64,000 bases of DNA from Lama glama. Taxonomy: Eukaryota. The notes under the pieces were generated by a model. It made no database searches, had not been told where the DNA came from, and worked only from the letters and a program-made list of their open reading frames with translations. Location of the stretch: positions 42,100,001 to 42,164,000 of the forward strand of contig CM052816.1 of NCBI GenBank assembly GCA_028534125.1, in the 5' to 3' direction. Below are positions 49,324 to 63,887 of this stretch, piece after piece. Every line of letters begins with the position of its first letter. Position 1 is the first letter of the stretch. Both the position numbers and the translations under genes were made by a program.

Positions 49324-51220
49324 CTAGGGTTTTCAGTGGTATGATAAATAGGAGTGGTAAAAGTGAGAACTCTATCTTATTCATGACCTTAGAGGAAAAG
49401 CTTTCAACTTTCCCCCGTTGAGTACCATTACCATGTTAGCTGTGGGTTTATCATATATGGCCTTTATGATGTTCAGGTACATTCCTTCTATATACAATTT
49501 GTTCAAAGTTCTTATCATGAAAGGATGCTGAATTTTGTAAAGTGCTTTTAATATATCTATTAGGTGATTATATAACTGATCTTTTGATCTTTCCATCTAT
49601 TAATGGACATTTCACATTTACTGGCTTGCATATGTTTAACCATCCTTGCATTCCAGGAATGAATTCCTGCTTGATCACAGTGTAAGATCTTTTTAATGCA
49701 TAGCTGAATTCTGTTTGCTAGTATTTTGTTGACATACTAGCAGAGACAAAGCTGGCAACATCACACTTCCTGATTTCAAACTATAAGGCTATATAGTAGT
49801 AAAAACAGTATGGTACTGGCATCAAAACATTCATGGAGACCAACAGAACAGAACTGAAAGCTCAGAAATAAGCCCACACATATACAGTCAACTAATATTT
49901 TACACCAGAATCAAAAACACTAAATGAGAAAAAGACTGTCTCTTCAATAAATGGTGCTGGAAAAGCTGGATATTCACATGTAAAAGAATGAAACTGGACT
50001 CCTCTTACACCATTCACAAAAATTAACTCAACATAGATTAAAAACTTACATGTAAGACTTAAAACCATAAAACTCCCAGAAGAAAACATAGGGGAAAATC
50101 TCCTTGATATTGGTCTTGGCAATTATTTTTTGGATATGACACCAAAAGCACAAACAACAAAAGTAAAAATCTAGTGGGAATCCATCAAACTAAAAAGCTT
50201 CTGGACAGGAAAAGAAATGATCAACAAAATGAAAAGGCAACCTACGGGATGGGAGAAAACATTTACAAATCATGTATCTGATACGAGGTTCATAATATAT
50301 AAGAAACTCATACAACTCAATAGAAAACCAAAAACAAAACAACCAAATAATCTGCTTAAGAATTGAACAAAGTCACTGAACAGAGCTTTTTCCAAAGAAG
50401 ATATACAAATGGCCAACAGGTCCATGATAAGGGGCTCATTCATTCATTACTAGGGAAATGCAAATCAATACCACTATGCGTTATCACCTCACACGTCAGA
50501 ATGGCAATGGCTATTATTAGAAAGACAAGTGATAACAAGTGCTGGTGAGGATGTGGAGAAAAGGAAACCCTTGGGCACTGTTGGTAGGAATGTAAATTGA
50601 GCAACCACTATGGAAAACAGTATGGAGTTTCCTAAAACCAGCAATTCTAATTCTGGGTATACAGCTGAAGGAAATGAAATCACTACCTCAAAGAGATATC
50701 TGTACCCTCCCATTTATTGCAGCATTATTTAGAATAACCAAGACGTAGGAACAACCTAAGGGTCCACTGACAGAAGAATAGAGAAAAGGTGATTTTATAT
50801 ATGGAATGAGAGAGAGAGATTGCGATTTGTGTATAAATACATACACACACACAGGAATATTATTTACCCATAAAAAGGAAGGAAATTCTACCATTTGTGA
50901 CAGTATGGATGAACTCTGAGGGGATTATGCAAAGTGAAATAAGTTAGAAGCACGTGACTGGTAGTGGGGAATGGATAAAAATGGTACAGCATGGTGACTA
51001 AAGTTAGTAATATGTACTTTTATACTTGAAAGTTGCTAGCACAGTAGATCTTAAAAGTTCTCACTGTACATACACACACAAAAAAGATAATTAAGTGAAG
51101 TGACGGATGTGTTAACTAACCTTATTGTGGGAATCATTTCATAATACACACATCAAATAATCATGTTGTACACCTTAAACTTAAACATTATATGTCAATT
51201 ATATATCAATAAACCTGGAG
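49324..51220 (+). mobile_element. L1 (L1MA/MB-like) with 5' inversion: RT-domain piece on the minus strand (49324-49733), ORF2 C-terminus + 3'UTR on the plus strand (~49745-51220)
   Basis: Minus ORF 49381-49596 reads [34 protein letters not shown]...KLKAFPLRS (L1 ORF2 RT). The plus part starts with a KAGNITLPDFKL-like segment and ends tatatcaataaa. Confidence 0.9.
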
Positions 51221-54200
51221 TGAAATAATGATTTGGGACAATTTTTATTTCCTTCATACTCAAGATTTTTTCCGTAGAGCCTTTCCTTGTATGGCTACAG
51301 GGAAAGTTAAAGGGGGAAAAATCTATATTTAATCAAAAAAACAACATCAAAATTTGTACACCTCTGAAATTTGTCATATTTGTTAATTCTATGGACACTT
51401 CAAATCTTCCATTTCCAAAGTCCTTCTCATTTATTTTCACTGAAGTTAAACCACTTCTCTGTTACCATGTTTTGTTTCTATTTATCTGATCAGGAGTCTT
51501 TAGTTGAAAATCACAGGATTAACGTCTAACTAACTTAAGCAAAATAGGATTTTTTAAAAGTATATCAGGTACTTCATCAGAATCTCAAGGAGAGCCAGAG
51601 AACTAGACTGTAAATTTTAAGTAGTGAGTAAATGCACAGGAGCACCCATCCACCTGCAGAGAAACGTCCAAGTGAAAACACCCCTGCTGCCACCCCCAAC
51701 GGCTGGGTTGCCCCGGCGTACCTGGGGCTGAGTGCCGACACCACACCACTGCAAACTCCGAAGAATCAGAACCCCTCTGCCACCACACTTGCCAGGAAAT
51801 GGATCCGTGTGGGACCACATTCTAGCATTGCTCCCTTCCTCATCCGTATCTTACGAGGGTCCATCCAAATGGGGTATCTAGGTCATGTGCTTTTGTACCT
51901 TAAGCAGCAAGGGATTCTGGTGCCATCTTTTGCATCCTATCTCAACAAGGCAGGACCCAAAACATGTACATTTTTAAGACTTAAGAGAGGGTTTTTGAAA
52001 GATGTTAAGCAGCCAGAGTTGCCTACCGTACTCATGGATCATTCAGACTGAAGTCGGTAATGCAGTGAGTCACAAAGAAGGCTTGGGACAGAGTTCTCGC
52101 TGTATAGCATCCCCACCTCCACCATCTTGAGCCTGGAGAGTGGAAATCAGAAACTATTTCAGTCCACAATGCATTCTATTATACCTTCTCTATGTCAAAA
52201 TTCCAGAATAGATTAGTCATGGGCATACAAAGGTTTTTATTTTTCCCTTCCCCAAATGTCCTTTTCTAAAGGACTGGCTTATTTTCTGGAAATGGATCTA
52301 TGTTATATGGTTCTAAATATTTCCTGCTGTTTTCTCACTTGTCATAGCAGCCAAAATCAAATAAAGAAAAGGGGCGAACATTCTGAATAATTAAAAAAAA
52401 AACCTGTATTTGGATTGGAAAACATATGGTTCAGGCAGACATTGCTTTGGTGCCACGGAAACTCATCTCTTCTCCACCAAGTATATTTGAATAGCTGGCA
52501 ATTATCCAATTGTGAGTGGTGCAGAAGAGGTTCTCTACATAAGGTCCCCAGTCTTAATGTTTTTACACATGTTTTTGTATCAACTTCATATGCTAAATGG
52601 AATAGCAAATCCTACTGCCCACACTGAGAATAGGCAAAATATCAACTCCTTGCAGCAAAAACAACCAGTTCAAGAAGATTGCATGCAAGGCCAAAGTTTT
52701 CTGGAATCCCAGTCAATTTCTCAATCAGGCATCTTCCTACCACTCAAATAGGAAAATAATCTGCCATAGTGTTTCCTCCAGTGATTCAAAGAACAAGATT
52801 TTCCATTAATCCAATGACTCAGATTCCACCAATATAAAATCACATGCTCTGTGTCCAGCACAACCAGCCTCACTGAAGACAAAAATGCTCAAGCCGTGAC
52901 TTTGAACATTACAATTCCATTCTGAGATGTAAAGTTATTCACAAGTCTGTCTTCAAGGGAGTAGCTGCTTTTATTCCCTATGGAAATATATACAGGGCTG
53001 CAAATCTTCCAGGATATTAAGCCATTTTCAGAAAGACCTATGCCTTAGTAAGTGGAAAACCTGGTGTTCCTGAAAAAGAAAAATGGCTACACACTCTGCA
53101 GAATATTTCGGCAAAAACAGAGATCAATTTGATCTACCAGCATTAGAAAGTTATACTGCATTGGTCTACATGTTTTAGCAGAGAAAAACAACATGTTGTT
53201 ACAGAACCTAAGATACAGTATTTCATGTCCCATCCTGTGCTTTACCAAAAGAGCCTATTATCCATTATAAACAGTTCCTTGGTGCTCTGCCATCTCATTC
53301 TCAGCTCACAGGTAGAAATAATCCTGAAGCCTTAATTGCTTTTCATAGGTCATCCTCACTGTCACCCAGTGCTCTTTAAGGAGCACAGTTTTAAAAGGCA
53401 TGTAACATCATCAGCTGTCAAAGGGTTCAGCTTTTCCTTGTAAGATAATCCTGCCTGTCAGATGGAGAGAAAGTATTACAGTGGAAAGATATGCATGCCT
53501 GAGTTCAAGCAGATGCTAAAGACTTTTTTATGAGGAAGAAAGCAAAGAAAATGGGAATCAGCTTAAAAAAGAGAGGGATATACATCCCAATTAGCAAATA
53601 ATTTCCTTTGTTAGCTGTGCCTGGACACTGCACTAAGTAAGTTCCAAACAAAATGCCATAGCCACTGAGCGAAGAACTACTGCACTTCAGCTTGGGTGCC
53701 TGATCATCAAGGACAAAGGGAAGGATGGGCTGACAGTGAGGTTTCAGTGACATGAGGGACTGAGAGAAACCATAAGCTTATAGAAAGCATCAGGGATGCT
53801 CCACTCCTGTTCTCCAACAGCTTGGTAGAGATGCAGACTGTCAGAAGTCAGGTGAGCTCTGTTACTGGGTTGAGTATAAATTGGTAAAGACATCCAGGAG
53901 CTAATCTTCCAGGAAGATAATGAGGGTGCTCTCTTCAGTGTACACTAATGGGGCCTCAGGCTGAGCGCATCCATAAATCAAGGAAGAAAGACTGTAGAAG
54001 ATAAAGGAAGTCAGAGAGTGGTTCCCAAGGACAGCCTGATGAAAGGCAGAAATCTGGAAGATCTAAGCCAGGAAGGTGTAAGGGAGGCCCCAACAGGGTT
54101 GAGGGGTTTGTTGGGACAGGGACCACATTTAAATCGGGAAATAGGACTTTCGGGTACATCCCCCACCTTGGCATCAGAGTTGTTCATTTTCTACCCAAAT

Positions 54201-57200
54201 CCATGATATCTACATTTGTGGCCAATGCCACACTTCCTGATGAGTTCTGGTTTGTCTAGGAGTATTCAGCACTGTCTTTAAGAAAGTGGGGTCATCCTCC
54301 CCAAGTTCTCCTCTTGCAGGTTCTCATGGCTTCTGAAGGCTACACAGTACTCACTGGCTTTAAGAGCCAACTCTGGCCCAGGTCTAGTCAAATTCTGAAG
54401 GTCATGGGTGCAACTTAAGTGTCATCAAACTCATGTACAAAAGAAAAACATGAAGGATTGAAGAACAAAGCTCTCAGGAAATTCTATCTTAAATAGAATT
54501 CAAGGGAATAAGGTATATCCAAGGAGAACTGAAGGAGCCACTTGATGTTTAACAGACAGCATGGTGTAGCAATCAAATAAGCCTGGCTCAAATCTTAGCC
54601 ATTCCAAATACTACCTGTGGCAAAATTATTTCAACTTTCAGAGCCTCAATTTTTCCATCTCCAAAAGAGTGACGATCTCTGCTTCCTGTAATTTACAGGA
54701 GGAAGCAAAGGCAAAGCATCTTTGCACAATGTCTATACTTAATAAATGTAAGCTTTAAAAAAGAAACTTAATTAAGGGCAACTTATTGGAAAGAAAAATT
54801 GCAAAATGAGCTGGGGAATTTCTGTGTCACCAAGGCAGCCAGGTATACTGCCTTAGTATTGGATTAAAAAATGTCATTTATCTCTTTACTGATTATAAAT
54901 TTTGTGATGTTTAAGGGGCTTTTTTCTGCCTGTCTTCACTTTTTATTCTATTTTCAGCCCATATATCTCATGTGCTATTTAAAAACAAATACAGATTGGC
55001 CATCTAGGCTCATGACCAAAATTCCTCCCCAATATATGTACATAACGATCACACTTTCATCCTGTGAATATTGATTGAGCATCTACTATGTGCCACATGC
55101 TATAATGGGCAATGAGGACCCAATACACAGGCTGGTGTCTTGTTTCCTGGAAAGTCTAGTTCAACAGGTGAAAGAGACACAGAGCTTCCTGCTCCAAGAT
55201 AACTGAAGGGAAGGGCTACTTTGCACCTTGAGAGCCCAGTCACTTTGTAAAACACTTTATCACCACTTCACTGGCAAAAATGTTCCTGAAAGAAAGGGAG
55301 AGACAGGAGGAAGTGTGCTGTGGGAAAATAACATCAACGTGGATATGCTAAGCATTGCCCCACACTTCCTTGACATTTGACAGCAATCCAAGTAGACTTT
55401 CCCACCCCCACAGGCTGCCGTAGAATTAGTCAAGCACCTACAGGCAGCAGGGAGTCACTGAATAGCCTTGTTAATGATGACCTTCCTGGAAACTTTGCCA
55501 GAACCTCTGAGGGCTTTTTTCTTTCCCCCTTTGAAGCAATCATGCTTTATCAATTTTTCTACATAACGACCTATGGAAATGAGCCAACCATGGAAAAAGA
55601 ACTCCATTTACTTAGCTCTGAGCTACAGATGGCCTGGTGAATATTGTGAGCTAATGGAAAACTAACACATGCTGGTCCAGGTTAACAGCTGTTTCCATTG
55701 TAACTGTGGTCTGCGAGACACAGGTGTACTTCATGGGCCCTTATGCAGACCGCCGTCTGCTCAGTGAATGCTTTTCATTTCCTTTAAGTATGAAGATAGA
55801 TATCCGGAATTGGAAGTATAAGTGAGTGTGTGATGGACATGCATTCTCGCTTCTATTACGTTTATGTGGGTGGAGACCCCTCCAATTTGACGTACATCAT
55901 GAACAGGTGAATCTGTAACTTAGCACCTCAACCTTTCTCATTGCTCTCCTATGGGAGAAACAGGAATGGTATGTGCTTTCTTCAGTCATTTGGCTTAAAC
56001 ACTTACTATTTATATACTTTCATAATTCACCACATTCAATCTCTCTGGAGTCATAGTTCTATCATGTAGTGGAAGCATTCAGGCTGGGCACTTACAACCC
56101 AAACTCTTTACCATCACCCCAATCTGAATACGGAGCCAGTGCAGGTAAAGCAACAGTTCTCTCGATTCCTAGGGCTACTCTTTACTGCGAATCCACTCCC
56201 CTTTCCCTATGAATTTCACTCAGTTGCAGTTGACCGATGCAACAGAGGGCGTGAGAGTTTAAAGACCAGTCTGGCCCTGGAGGGACATTTGGAAGCTCCA
56301 CATTGCTCTTTTTTGTTTATGAGGGTTCATATTGCCTGTGTTTGGGGGCTCTAGCCGAAATTGCAAGATAGTAAGAAAAATTCCATTCAATGCTCTATTA
56401 TACTTGTTTGCTTGGTTTTTACCTCTCTCACTTCTAGAAATACCCAGCAGAGACCATGTCTATTTCAGTCACTGTTTTATCCCCAGGGCCTGTAATAGTG
56501 CCTAGAACATACAAGATTCTGGTCCCGGTTCTACTACTGCCTAACATAGTCTGATCTTGGGCAAGTCATTTAACTCCTCTGGGCTTGAGTCTCCTCACTC
56601 ACTCACTATTTATCAGAAGAATACTTTCATACAATAAAATATAAAATATATTCAATATCTCCAATAATAATTTCCCTGTCACTAGGAAAACTATTAATTC
56701 TCAGCCATTAGGATCCTCTTTTATTTAGTTTGAACTATATGAAGTTGCATTTTGAAGGTCAGAAACACTTGAATAGCAGAAATTTCATATGATTTAATCT
56801 ATCCCATTACATAGAATTTTATTGAGCACCTCCTACATGCTAGGCATTGTTATCAGATATTGGGGATACAGCAGTGAATAAGAATAGATAAAGCCGTGTT
56901 TTCATTGACCTTACATTTTAAATTGGAGATGACAAAGAATAAACAAAGAGATGAATATATCATGGGTCATACAGTGAAGAGTACTGAGAAGGAAAATAAA
57001 GCAGGATAAAGAGACAGGATCACTTGAGATCAGGGGTACCATATTGAAAGGAAGCAGACTGAGTGAAACTTATCTGCTGAATGCTGAAACTCTCATCCAT
57101 CCTTCCTTATCTGGCTCCCAGCTTTCTGGCAAGGGTTGGGGGGTGGTGATTAGACATCAGAAAGGAGATTAACAGGAGATCTTCTCTGAAGAATATGATT

Positions 57201-58224
57201 ATTCCGAAGCGAAAGATCTAAAAATACTAATGTTGGGTGTTCATTCACAAAATGGCTCACCCAAATCATGTTAGAGTGACCCAGCCGCACAGCTTCCAAA
57301 AGAGCTTTTTGTGTCTAATACTTATATATGAACAGGCATCCCAGACTTACAGATATTTGAGGATAGCCACTAATCTTAAGATTAGAAGACAAAGCCAACA
57401 ACAACAACACAGTAACTTAGAGGAAACAAAGACTTCACAAGAAAAGGTCAAAAAATGCTGATGTCCTCAGAGGGAGAAAAAATGGATACTTCAATGCTTA
57501 AAGACAAATTTGGAGAATAAAATAATTTAAAGGAAAAAAATATACTGGAGAAAAAGGAAAAAATTTGGTAAGAGGGTTGCATGATAATGGTAACCTGCCA
57601 GAAAATAATTTTAAAACATAGAAAATAGAGAAATGTAAGCAAAGATTAAAAACCAAAAATAGAAAAAATATATATAGGTAAAAAAGAATAACCACAAGGT
57701 CAATATTCAAATAACCGAAGTCTAAAAATGGAGAGAAGCAAATATGGGGGGGTGAAATCATCAATTAAGTAATTCATGGAATTACTGACAAACTATTGTG
57801 AAGTTTCAGAACCCTCATCACAAAGACATGAGCACTTTCAAAAAAAGGAGATGACAGGTTTCATGTAACAGCAATACTGGACTACAGGGGGAAAATGGAG
57901 CAATACTTTTTAAACACTGGGAGAAATTCTTTCCAGCTTGAAATTTCATACCCAGGCAATTAAGTGCAGGGGTAGAATAAAATTATTTTTAGACATGCAA
58001 GGTTTCAAAATACTACTTCAAAACCTTCTTAGAAAAGCAATACAATAGACACTCTATACAAAGGAGCAAGTCAAGAAAGACTATGTAGGATTTAAGGAAC
58101 AAGGACTTGTTGAGAGAGGAAACAAGAATCCCAGGGAGACGGTGAAAAGAAACTCCAAGCTCACAGCTCTGCCATGGGCTCTACCATCATACTCCAGGCT
58201 GGAGGTGTCAGAAGGCTCTGAGAG

Positions 58225-58614
58225 ATGGGCCTAGAGATGATGATCATATTAAATGAAGTCAGAGAAAGACAAATATCAGATGATATTCCTGATTTGTAGA
58301 ATCTAAAATACAGTACAAATAAACTCATTTACAAAGCAGAAACAGAATTACAGACACAGAAAACAAACATTGTTACCAAAGGAAAGCTGGGGAGAGGGAT
58401 AATTTAAGAGTTTGGAATTAACAGATACACATTACCATATATAAAATGAACAACAAGAATTTACTGTAGAGCACAGGGAACTATATTCAATATAACCTAT
58501 AACGGGAAAAGAATCCCAAAAAAGAATATATATATGTATATACATGTAGGTACAACTGAATCACTTTGCTATATACCCAAAACTAACACAACATTGTAAG
58601 TCAACTAAAAAAAA
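58225..58614 (+). mobile_element. L1 3' end inserted into an older L1ME-like element (~57100-59340)
   Basis: L1 3'UTR motifs, A-tail, TSD gctctgagag at 58215-58224 and 58616-58625. Confidence 0.8.
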
Positions 58615-59399
58615 TGCTCTGAGAGGAAAAACTGAATGTTTCTGAGATTTTTATGCACAGAGAGGTGAGTTTGAGAACAATTAGAGAAATATAAGCAAAT
58701 TTTTAAAAACAGACGATTAGTAACTTCAGGGGAAAACAGAAAAGGGAAAGAAAGAAAGAGACAGGATAATTAACTAAAGAATAGTATATATTCCAGCTGT
58801 GAAAATGTTTATATAGTCACACTACGAAGATGCCGGCTATTAATACTATCAAATTACATTACATGTGTGTGAGGGGTGTAACAGCAGGGCAGAGGGTATA
58901 AAGGATAATAGATCTTCACCTCCCATAGTGGGAAGTCAATGTTTAATGTGTAAACCCAAGAATGAAGAGCATAAACATACACCTCTGTATTTATATATAA
59001 CCATATTAATCAAAGAAATGAGAACACCATATTTCTTCAATTCTGAGACACTTTTTCATGTTTCAGCATCCCCATCATCAGGATATGTCTCTATCTGCAG
59101 GGTGTCATCGTGTAACCAGCAGCATTTTTGTTGCATCATATAATTATGGGCATTGGTGATTTACTGAAATGTGTTCAATAGCAAAAGAATCAGATAAAGG
59201 AGGTGAAAGCGGCTGCCTCTGGGTAGCAGTAAATGGGAGGAAGGATAGAGATAGGGACAGCTGTTTAAGTAACAAACTTCTGAAATTATTTGACTCTTTA
59301 AATTATGTATCTTTCAATTTTTTTAAATAAATATTAAAAAAAATTACTGTTTGCTGCTTTGTGAAGTGTCTCCAAGAAGACAAGATTGGGAGGAAGGAA

Positions 59400-59750
59400 A
59401 CAACAGGGTAGGGGCTCTTGCTTGGTCCAAAGGGGACTGGTGATAGCTTGGACTAGATTGAGAACAAAAGAGGTGGTGATAAGTGGTCAGATCAGGATAT
59501 ATATTTAAAATAATGCTGACCAAATCTACTGAGGCAATGGGTGTAGAATGTGAAAGAAAGACGACAGTCAAACCTACCTCCAAAGTTTTTGACTTGAGCA
59601 TCTGGAAGAAGGAAGTTTTAGTTTCCTGGGATGGGGAAGACTGTGAGGAAAGCAGGTTAAGGGAAGGAGAAGATCAAGAGTGCAGCTGGGACACTTAAGT
59701 TTGGATGCCTATTTGACACTAAAGTGAAAGTGGCTAGTAGGCAGATTACA
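59400..59750 (-). mobile_element. L2 fragment
   Basis: aagtggtcagatcaggatatatattt...ttttgacttgagcatctggaagaa...taagtttggatgcctattt. Confidence 0.6.
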
Positions 59751-60395
59751 CAGCCCTGGAACTCTGTTATAGCCACACTGTAGAAAAAATTTGGCTTTAT
59801 TTCTTCATCTCCCTACCTCCCCTCCTTTCAATAGTATGGTCATTTTTTGCTTGCTTTTATAGACAGTAATTAACTAAGTCTTAGTTTCTGTTTATGCACT
59901 TACTCAAACAGAAGTTTTTAAGTATTCTTTTAATCAATAGATATTTGCAAGTGTTTCCTTCCCTATAGCACTGTCAGCAAATGTACGTCATGGCCAAGCA
60001 AGACTGCATACCTGTCCAGTAAATCTAAGTATTTTTTACCTAGACTTTGGGTTTTTTTAGGCAGAATTAATTCTATTCTAGGCATTGTGTTTAAAGGATG
60101 CTATAAACCCTGTTGGTGGAAGTAGGTATTTCCTGCTTGGAGAAAAATCTAAAACCGGATCCCTTTGTTGCACTGATAGATGCCACATTTCTTGAGTAAC
60201 CTCCTGGAAGCCCCTGAAAACAGATGATTTGTCAATTACATTACACCTAATTTCATGGAGCTCCCTCCACACACACCTACACACCCCTTCAAAGCAACTA
60301 AAGATAACTACACTTAAGTCAGATGAAGCAACTCATGTTTACTTTCTTCAAAGAACACGAAGGTCAGGCCCTGATTTTATCCTCTCATCAGACTT

Positions 60396-60619
60396 TTTTT
60401 TTTTGAGATATAATGGACATTTAACATTTTGTAAGTTTAAGATATACATATTGATTCGATACATTCATAAATGATTGTAGTCAACAATACCTACAAACGT
60501 CAAAGCTGTCAAGAGACTAGATCTTAATTGTTCTCACCACCAAAAAAAAAAAATTATGTGATATAATAGAGATGATAGCTAATGCTATGGTGGTAATCAT
60601 CGTGCAATATATAAATATA
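60396..60619 (-). mobile_element. Short L1 3'UTR insertion with internal inversion
   Basis: 13-bp TSD tctcatcagactt at 60383-60395 and 60620-60632; poly-T, antisense L1 tail, then sense-oriented L1 3'UTR. Confidence 0.8.
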
Positions 60620-61921
60620 TCTCATCAGACTTCTCAAGCTACATTTCTCTTTGAGGAACAGTCCAAGAAACATAAAGAAATCATTCTTTTCTAACAAGAA
60701 AAACACGTATCAACCTGATAAAGTCTTAAGCAACTTGGAGAAAGGCTCTTTGGAGACTTCTTTCTTGAGTTCTAACCAGTCTTTAGCCATCATACTTTGC
60801 CTGCCTCATGGGTGTTGGGCAGATCTGATAGACCCTGCCAATATTCTAGGTGCTCTAATGATCCTTTAAGATGTGATAAGCAGAGTGAAGTGACACCCAC
60901 AAGCTAACCCCCAGATGCAGAGTCAGCAAAGCATCCAACCAACAATTTCTTTCTTTTTTTTTTTTTTTGCTTTCTGTGGCCAGAAGCACTTCTATTAGTT
61001 CACTTTTCTCTTTAGAAAATCTCTTTAGAAAATCTGGAGAACTTTAAATTTCTTTGTACATTTATTATTTTGAAGTTCCAACTCCTCCACCTCCTTCTCT
61101 ACCCCTAAGCACTTAAAACAAAATATTTGACCATTTTTATAGCAGTATATAGTTAAACATCAAAGAACAAGTAGGTTATTTTCACCAATTTCCAGTGACA
61201 ATTTAAAGACTATTTTCTACCAATTTTTTCTTGTTACACCCACGCTCCTTTTTCCCAATGTTTCCTTCTTATAAAAATGACTCCAGATATATAATAGAGG
61301 TGTGCAGTAGAAATATACACCCTAAAAAAAAAAGAAAAGAAATATTCACCCTTTATCAGCCAATATAGAGGAAATTGCTGTTCATTTTGCCCACATGTTG
61401 TTAAGAAAAACATCTAAATTCTGAGATTCCAAGTCACTGTCACAACCTCACTCTGTATGTTTGGCTAACAGCTAATGGTGTCACATTTTGTAGATAAATA
61501 AAGGTCATCGTGTCATTAAATGAATATGTTTCAGACTACAGGAAAATGTGTGACATGGTTACCAGGGTTCTTCACTTATAATGAAGGTCTGAAATGTCAC
61601 CAGGGGAAACCAAGGGCCAATTTCAGGCTGGAAGAATCAGTTCCAATGGTGATTACATAACAGTCATTATGCAATTGTTTTCCATCCCTCCTCCCTAATG
61701 TTATGGATGTCAGGAAACGTGCTGTTCCTTTTAACACAAATTCCACATGGCTCAGAAAGAGATTTGGGTGCACATGGGAAACGATTAAGTTGAAGTGGGA
61801 GTAGTGAAAAAACAAAATCAGGAATCATGAACTTTCCAGTATAATTTGAGCAATTAGGCAGTTTAGTCAGTTGGTAATCAAGTGTGGGTTGTATATCCAT
61901 AGTTTTTAGTTCATCCCCATG

Positions 61922-62710
61922 TGTGGTACTGTGATATAATAAGAAATAAATATTTTGGTCTTCATCTCTGGTTCCTGGTACAGAGCTCCTAAACCTTTGA
62001 AATTTCTTGAGTGGTAGGGGTGAGAGGAGCATCTTTTGTTATTCACAATGATCCCCTTTCAACCATACCTGTGTTTATGCTAATAAGATGGCCACCAGAG
62101 GTATCAACACTGTGATTAGACCTGGAACTTTCAGCCCCATCCCCTGATCTTCTGAGAGCGGACTGAGGGTGGAGGTTGATTTAATCACCGGTGAGCAGTG
62201 ATTTGATCAATGATGGCTATGTAATAAGCTTCCATAAAAATCCTAACCAGAGGGGCTTAGAGAACCTCTGGGTTGGTAGGCACATGGAGATGCTGGGAAG
62301 GTGTGTACCTGGAGAGGGCGTGGAAGCTCCATCCTCTTTCTCTCACACTGCACCTTGTGCATTTCTTGCATCTAGCTATTCCTGAGTTGTATCCTGCTTA
62401 TAGTAAACTGCTTATATAGTAAATAGTTTTCATGACTCCTGTTAGCTGTTCTAGCAAATTATCAAACCTGATGAGGGGGACACAGGAACCCCTGATTTAT
62501 AGCTGAAGTAATGGGGGAGTGTAGTCTTTGGGGACTGAGCCCTTAATCTGTGCGGTCTATGCTAACTCCAGATAGTGTCACAATTGAATTGTAGGACACC
62601 TAACTGGTGTCCAGAAAGTTAGAAAATTGGTTCATGTGGGAAAAACTCCCACACATCTGGGGTCAGAAGTGTTGAAAGTAGAGGAGAAAAAAAGAGTTTC
62701 GTTCTTTTAC
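61922..62710. mobile_element. Solo ERV LTR (MER21-like)
   Basis: Starts tgtggtactgtgatataataagaaat...ggttcctggtacagagctcctaaa, resembling the MER21 consensus as I recall it; ~790 bp. Confidence 0.7.
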
Positions 62711-63346
62711 CATCTTGTATATTGGTCCTCTGTATAGACTCTTGATATTTCTTACCTAAACTATCACTTTTCTTTTGCCTCCACTCTCTTCCTTTCCCCA
62801 CCAACTTCCACAGGCAGCAAGAGCTATCCTACTTAAGCTCAGAAAGGAGTTTTGTGGCACCTTATTGCTCACAGAGCCCCTAAGCACACTCTCCTCTCAA
62901 TAACTTGAAGCCAATCTACTTTTCATTCTTTATTTTTGAAAGCACTTCCTCAGGTTTAATGAAGTATACAAGTGACAATAGTGAAAAATTCTCGGCTGCA
63001 AATATGTCCTTATTTTGAAAGATAGAGGTATGTCTACTTTTCCACCCTTCTCCATCAATTTATGTGCCTCTCTGACCCAAATGGTCTTGAAACTCATGAT
63101 ACCATGAGGCTACCTGACAGAAATAGAGGACAAAAATATCTGTAGCCAATTCTTGATGAACAGTTACATATGCTACATTTAAAAACAAAAAGTAGATCAC
63201 TTAAAAATTATAGCTAAACATTCAATCATGTCAGAGGTCAAGGATGGAGAGAGGAAATGATCTCATATTTAGTTATAATCACAGCAAAAATGGTATATAT
63301 TAATGCCCAAACATGAATTTATCCTGAAAAACAATGTCTCAGTTTA

Positions 63347-63536
63347 TATATAAAATAGATTTTAAAAAATTTCTTCTGTATAGCACAGGGAACCATGTTC
63401 ATTATCTTGTAGTAATCTACAATGAGAAGAATATCAAAACAAATATATGTACGTACATGTATGACTGAAATATTATGGGCTACCCCAGAAGTTGGCACAT
63501 TGTAACTGACTATACTTCAATTAAAAAAAAAAAAAA
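63347..63536 (+). mobile_element. 5'-truncated L1 3' end
   Basis: ctgtatagcacagggaac...cattgtaactgactatacttcaattaaaaa; degenerate 20-bp TSD (aaaaacaatgtctcagttta 63327-63346 vs aaaagcaatacctcagttta 63533-63552). Confidence 0.8.
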
Positions 63537-63887
63537 GCAATACCTCAGTTTAGACTTGAGCAACCAATAAACTTCAGTTCCTAGTAAGATGTACTTTAAT
63601 TCAGTTTTACAAATCATCCCAATTGGCTTGCCTTGGCTAAGGAGGAGTTTATACTGATGAGTAGAAAAGAATGGTGCCTTTGTTGATTGAAAAAAAAAAA
63701 AAAACAAACAGGAGACCAGAAAAAAGAATTACAGCAGAGTATTTGTTTGTTTGTACAATGCTGTTTTCTTCTCCCCTACTTCATCCCTGCTCTAATCCTT
63801 GCTCCCAAACCCTTCACTTTACTTTCTAGAAACCCCAGCTCTACGATAAACTCCATATCCTCAACTTATCTTCTCTCTTCTTTCTGC

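Noticed and set aside
49381..50894. ORFs with L1 ORF2 similarity as a functional gene
   Set aside because: Fragmented by stops and frameshifts; a dead retrotransposon.
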